Source: Azolla caroliniana
Lineage: Eukaryota; Plantae; Polypodiophyta
Reading direction: 5' to 3'
Assembly: GCA_043228905.1 (NCBI GenBank)
Contig: JBHGNT010000013.1
Coordinates: forward strand, 17,112,001-17,176,000
DNA: 64,000 nucleotides
Made by a program: the position numbers and the translations under genes. The stretch's first letter is position 1. Every line of letters begins with the position of its first letter. Below, piece after piece: positions 58,067 to 64,000 of the stretch. The notes under the pieces are model-generated. The model ran no database searches. It was not told the DNA's origin and saw only the letters and a list, made by a program, of their open reading frames with translations.

Positions 58067-60092
58067 CTACTCGACGGTCGTTCTCTTGATAAATCGTCCC
58101 TACACAGTATCCGGAAGCACGCCAACGAATTATTTTAACCGGAGGAGGCAGAAAGAGAGCCATAGTATAACATTGTATCGGGAGACGAGTTTTTACCTTC
58201 ATACGCGGCCGTCGCTCCGCATTGAGCTTCCGGACTTCGTAGCGGATGGTCTTGGAGAAGAGGCGGAGCCGCCGTTTCTCGTGGTAGCGCTGAACACGGG
58301 CACGGCGGAAGGCGGACAAAGCGGCCGCCCCGGAGGGGCCCACGGGATATTCGGGTGTGAGACAGGGACACTCTGGCCCCAGCTCCGCCGCCATCACGGG
58401 GGCTCGGCCCACCTCCCCAATCTCTATCATCTTCCCAGCACAATGATGAAGATTAAGCAGGCACTGCTGTGCTGCAGCAATCAGCTGATTCTCTGGCTCC
58501 CATGCCTATACATTATATATATATATAGATTTAAACAGAACATTATCATGGGATACAGATCAAACAATGGCATCCATTAAAATGACGATACATTATTCAC
58601 TCACCGCCAAATCCAGCTCCTCCTCCGTTTCCTCGCGCCGACGCATCCCTAATAGCACCGGCCCTCGATCCGATGGCCATGATGCCATTACATCCTCATA
58701 GTCTAGTGCCAACCCTAGCTTCCTGTACAATGTGGTCACTCCCGCGACATTCGCAGGGATCGGCCGGCCATCCATGGCTTTCAGCGGCTCGATGAAATCC
58801 TCCAGATCGATTCGGTACTCCTCTTCCGCATCCGATTCCGCCTCCTCCGCCTCCGCCTCGCTCACCTGGGAATCGATGATGCCCGACCGATTCTCCGATG
58901 CCTCACTGAAAGCTCCGCTTGAATCGGATTCGAACCCCAGGATTGGCCATGGCTCCATTAGGGGCCCAATGATGAGCTCCTGATGCTGGAGGGCATCACA
59001 AGAGGAGCCAGTTCCCCAGTGTCCGACCCTCAGAAAATCGCACGACAGCTCTTCATCTATGCACGATTCATCATCATCGTATGCCTGCAATCTGGACGAT
59101 GGCGGAGGAGGAGGAGGAGGCAATGGCAGGGCATCGAAGGATCTGGTAGCCGAGCTAAGGCTGTCATCATCAGAATTGACATATGTGGTAGTAATGCTGG
59201 AGGTGTAAGAGCTCGCCCACAGGGGATGGTCTGAGGTTATGAAAGAGAGGGGTGATTTCGGGGAGGAGGCGAGGGCGGCAGAGCAGCAAGAATCCGATAT
59301 GATCGAAGCACTACTCGCCCTGTAATCACTGATGCCTGTGAGACCACATCTGCGATGTATGGTGTTGCCAAAGGAACCATGATTAGCAGAAGACACAGAC
59401 ATACAAGACCTGCTACAACTACTACTTGTAGCAGGAGAGATTAATAGGCATGGAACTCTTCCAAGATGATCTACTACAGAATCATCAGAATCATCATCAT
59501 TATCATCATGGCCATCGATGATACAAGCATCTATATCATCATTACAGTAAACTATGCCGGTAGACAGGGCCGAAACCCCGAGGTTTTGGAGGGGTTCTGT
59601 CTTGATGAACAGGAGGGAAGCCACGGATCTCGTCCGAATCTCGCCGCCATGGTGATTGTTCTTCTTCTTCGAGGATGGGCACCGGACATTGCCGGAAGAA
59701 GTAACACTCGCCGTGTGAGGCTTCCCCCAGCTAGTCCGCGGACGTTTCCGGAGCCCGATGGCAGACCACAAAGCAGTAGTAGTAGTAGTAGAAGAAGAAG
59801 AAGAAGAAGTAATGGTAGAATTAGAGCGAGTCCTAATTCGAGAAGACGAATCGGCGGAGGAATTCGGAGCTCCGGAGGAGGAATTCGGAGCTCCGGTGGA
59901 GGAATTCAGAGCCGAGAGGCCAGCACACTCGGCTAAAGAGCGGCATTTCGGGCGGAGATTAGCTCCCATGGTGATGATGCCTTCGCTGCCGCTCCGAGAG
60001 CTCGCCACTAGAGCCATCGTGGCACTCATCATCTCCACACTGTTCGCTCTCAAACTCTGCGTTGGGCCGGGGCAGGGACTCTGCCCTAGCAT
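58067..60092 (-). CDS. CCT-domain protein (CONSTANS-like group III / CIA2-like motifs, no B-box). Exons 60092-58605, 58466(or 58463)-58197, 58099-58067
   Basis: Complete CCT domain after splicing: [42 protein letters not shown]. Upstream [15 protein letters not shown] and RKRPRT motifs. Phase-0 GT-AG introns. The start codon is uncertain. Confidence 0.88.
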
Positions 60093-63000
60093 CGACGGCG
60101 GAAGAGTGTCGATGGATGGACTAAACCCGCAGTAATTTGGAATCGATTTGATTAGGTATGCAATTCAAGGTTAATGAGCAAATCCATGGCAGTTATTCGG
60201 AATCGATTTGATTAGGGATGTAATTAAGGTTAATGAGTAATTTGGAAAAAACATCGAGTTCTTGGCCGGAGAGAGAGCGCGATTCGGAGATGGGAGGTTG
60301 GAAGGGGGTATTTAAATTTAGCTGATTAATGAAGGATTTTCTTAGTCCTTCACATAGGGATGAGGACAAGTGATGTAGTTAGTTGCTAGGGGAGGGGGCA
60401 TTAGATTTGAGTGCTCAAAGGTCATTAGTGCTTCTAATCAACATGGTTAGGAGCTAATCATCGGGTGATTAGGAGTTGCTAATGATGAGTGATTTAGTGA
60501 TTATTAGAGGCAGTGGTCATGGATCATTGAACAGAGCTTTCTCTTCATTCATTGCTCAATTTCCTCTGCAGCAAAAATAAAAACAAAGAAGAAACAGCAG
60601 CAAAGTAGATAGCTAAGCAAAATCCTCTGCTTCGCATTCACACCTTTGTTTTGTTGATGGGCCTGCCCACCTTTTCACACCATAACAATCCATTCTGGTG
60701 TTGTCCATTCCCACCATAACAATCCTCCATGGATTCACAATCTGAATCTATCGTATCACGAGAACGGGATGGCAATTCATGACACCTGTCACCTTATAGC
60801 CGCGGATCCGAGGAACATTCAGGAGCATCCTCGGGCTAATTGATGAACCTCATTCTGAGGGGCTTTTGTATTGGGGCATCGGGAGCAGGATCGTGTCCAC
60901 CGGGTGGCCCTAGTAGGATCAACCGTATCGTGTTTGTGTGAGTCACCACGAAGCTCAATAACTTTACACTCGCGAACCTCGAAGCTTGTATATTGTGTAG
61001 CCATTTAGACTAGGAGACCTAGCATTCCTATAGTATGTCATAAACCTTAAAATATTTGCTTCCACTCCAATTTAACTAATAATCTCACCCTATCGTTAAG
61101 CCCCCTTAAATCCATGGTTCCAATCGCAATGGCATTTGCCTACAAATGCTCCTTGTCCCTAACATTCAATGTAAATCCATAAGACTCCACTTGAGCCTTG
61201 ATTCATGTCGAATTGTTGGTTGGAATCAAGTAAAACATAAACCGCCACTTTGGAACCCTCTGTGAACTAATATCTGAAAGACACAATACATAATTCTTAT
61301 ATTCCTAGTGGAATGTTCAAGTCACGTTGTTTACTTGGTGGTTTTCAACCTTAGTCCCAAATGTGAGTTTAGTTTGTGTTATTTATGTATTGCATGTTAG
61401 TTTAGAGCCCCAATTTTCAAACACTCGAACATGACACACGTAGCTACCATGTTAATCAATGGGTGGTAGACACATGATGGGCAGAAGTTAGAACAAAGCA
61501 TTGGATGGTCATTTGGATATGATTAATTTTTTAATATCAAGTGACAACAACATGTGATTTGCTCTCGAATGCTCCCTCATTTTGACCTAGATTCATTCAT
61601 GTTGGGTTCAAATTCCACACCTAATCATGTATCGTTCCGAGTTCTTTTCATTATCTTCTTCGTCTTATGAAAATTTGTGTTGTTAAAAAGTGCTCGACGT
61701 GGCAATGTTAGAGCTCTTATAATTTTCGAAGGCTTAGCTCTAGATATTAAGCAAGAATGGAAAAGTGACCTCTCCAAAAGCAAAATACATATACTTGCTT
61801 ATCATACATTTCAACTTCAAGTCTTCCCATTATCCTTTTTGCATACATTAATAGTGTCTTAAAAAAAGGTGTGTGTTTCTCTCTCACACACAAATAACGT
61901 AAAGGAATCCAATCAAGTAGTAAAGAAGACAAACATTTCTCTTACTTTTGCAACTGAAGTGCTCATAAGGTCTTCATAAGCCCAAGACCGGAGAGAGAAA
62001 GAAAGAAAATAATAAACACAAAGCATTGGGGTCCATTCCACTCAATATTCTAAACACGAGGAACATTAAGTCTTGACTCACTATAAATTAAGCCTTCCTC
62101 ATATATACCCTTGCATCTAATCAATCTATACTTTTCAAAGTTACTAATTGTGGGTGATATGATTTTTATGAGCTACTTCCGGCTACATTCTTTTGATTAA
62201 TAACACAATGGTAAATTCGAAAACAATTAAGTAGATTCTCCCCTACTCCCCAAACGGTTTAGGAATCGGCAATAGCTTGGCTCGAGCCTAAACCGAACAA
62301 TTACGGCTTAATCGGCTTGGCTAAACTGGTTCCTAAACTGAACCATTGCCAACTCGTAAGTGTGATGTTTCTCTTTCACATATTATTTGTTGGATGTATA
62401 AATGGTGGGTTTTCATTCACATGGAGCACGCATGCATGCATATATACCAATGTTACAAAGATATTTATATTCGTACATGCATAAAGTCATCCATGCACAA
62501 CATGACAATGAACTATAAACATCATATTTAGTTCATCGGTAGCAATGGGATGTGAGAGAGAGATCATTTTGAATCCTAAATAAGGAGATTCCTAAATTTC
62601 ACAAGATATTGTGTAGCTTTCTTTGAGTTTGGGTCATATACTCTTTTTTATTGAAAATCCTCCCAAGGACCATAGTTTTACCATCATCTTCAAGTAGTGT
62701 AGGGCCACTTGTGACGCTATTTATTTGAATTGTTCCTTTTTTGTTTGTACTAATTGAAAGGCATTATCATTGATAATGTGAAACGTATGAGAGGACCTAT
62801 ACGATTTCGATGCCAACAACAACATGGGATACACAAGTAAACATAATTACCAATGGTGTTCATTCTTATAGGCATGCTACTAATAGCAAGATTACAAGTG
62901 TTTTCTGCATCACTTATGCTTACTTGGAACAAAACGTTGAGCAATTGTTAAAGTACTCATGACAAACTCAAAGGGATAACTTTGTGCATTCAAAATCTTT

Positions 63001-64000
63001 GGGTATGTCGCATGTGCTTAATCATTTATGTAATAATTTATAAATACAAACAAAATTGCATTACGAATGTGTATTGTCATGGAATTCACATAAAATTGTG
63101 CTTGGCTCTAGAAACAAGTCTTTGTAAACAAATAAATTTTAAGAGTTTGCAATTGTTTCACACTCATTGAACTACAGTCAACAACCTCATCTTTATGTTA
63201 CATAGATTTGTAGTTATGCTATGATACAGTCAACACACTTAGATTTACAAGGTGCCTATTAAGTTTACATATGGCTAAAAACAATTGATGTTATTGTCCT
63301 GAAAGAGGATCATTTGATAATCCATTGGATCCATGACCAACCCCCCAACAAAGGGCTTGATAATGTCCATGTCTATGATATGTGAAGTTATGAGCAAGTA
63401 AGAGACACCTTGTTCTACCATACATGACCAAAAGAAGTGCACCATTATGAAATAAAGATGGTCAATTTAGATCACCCAAATTGTTATGGCCCCTCATATA
63501 TATAACCATAGTTAGTCCATTGTTGTTCATTTGGTTGTGGATTATAGACTATGATCTATGAGTCAAAATTATACTTTATGATTGATGAATCATAATTTTT
63601 TGTTATGAATTATGGTTATAGATCATGGTTTCATGAATTATCATTAGAATTTAGCATATGTGTTATGTTTTAAAATTCCCCTTATATGTTCATTCTTTTG
63701 GCTATTAAGAAGCAAGTATGCTATAAGAATTACACTATAAGAAACTAAGGGTTTTTATATTGATGATAAAATCAATTAATGTCTATTTATATATGGTTGC
63801 CAAAAACATAACAATGGAATACACCATAGCATTTGTGAGTGTTATAATAGTAAGGATAGTAAATATTTTAGTAGGATTGACTCATACAAAGATGCCATCA
63901 ACATATGTATCAATACAACTTGCAACACTTACAAAGCTACCACCGTCAATTTACAAATTGTTCTGGATATTTACAAATGGTCAAACAAGTTGATGTTTAG

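Noticed and set aside
57975-58196. ORF continuation past RPRMK as coding
   Set aside because: The GT-AG intron 58196-58100 restores the canonical GRF end of the CCT domain.
60780-61005. GC-richer patch with a 61-aa ORF, possibly a transposase fragment
   Set aside because: No motif I can support.
62255-62345. Imperfect inverted repeats resembling a MITE
   Set aside because: Too short and degenerate, and no TSD found.

Overview
Plant nuclear DNA; the retroelement repertoire suggests a non-seed plant such as a fern (inference only). About 56 kb is a deeply nested retrotransposon cluster, followed by one host gene, a B-box-less CCT/CONSTANS-like gene on the minus strand (~58.07-60.09 kb). I resolved most insertions by LTR pairs, TG..CA termini and target-site duplications (TSDs). 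Gypsy-1 (+, ~1.9-5.8 kb, resuming at 38.65 kb) contains Gypsy-2 (-, 5799-38346). Gypsy-2 contains Copia-A (7337-12813), Gypsy-3 (15453-29456), a solo LTR (29660-30304) and intact Copia-B (31070-36391). Gypsy-3 in turn contains the young Gypsy-4 (18659-28058), which has an intact 1830-aa gag-pol. Further right lie chromovirus fragments, an RTE-like LINE, a Gypsy-5 remnant, and Copia-C nested in Copia-D. The most striking observation concerns three diverged Gypsy elements (3, 4, 5) that share an extra coiled-coil ORF and have no polypurine tract. In its place each carries a sense-strand copy of the 3' part of a tRNA-Arg (T-arm, acceptor strand, CCA). The copy ends exactly 2 nt before the 3' LTR and is interrupted by a covarying AAG-loop hairpin. 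This suggests tRNA-primed or tRNA-mimic-based plus-strand synthesis. All alignments were done by eye and tRNA identities are from memory.
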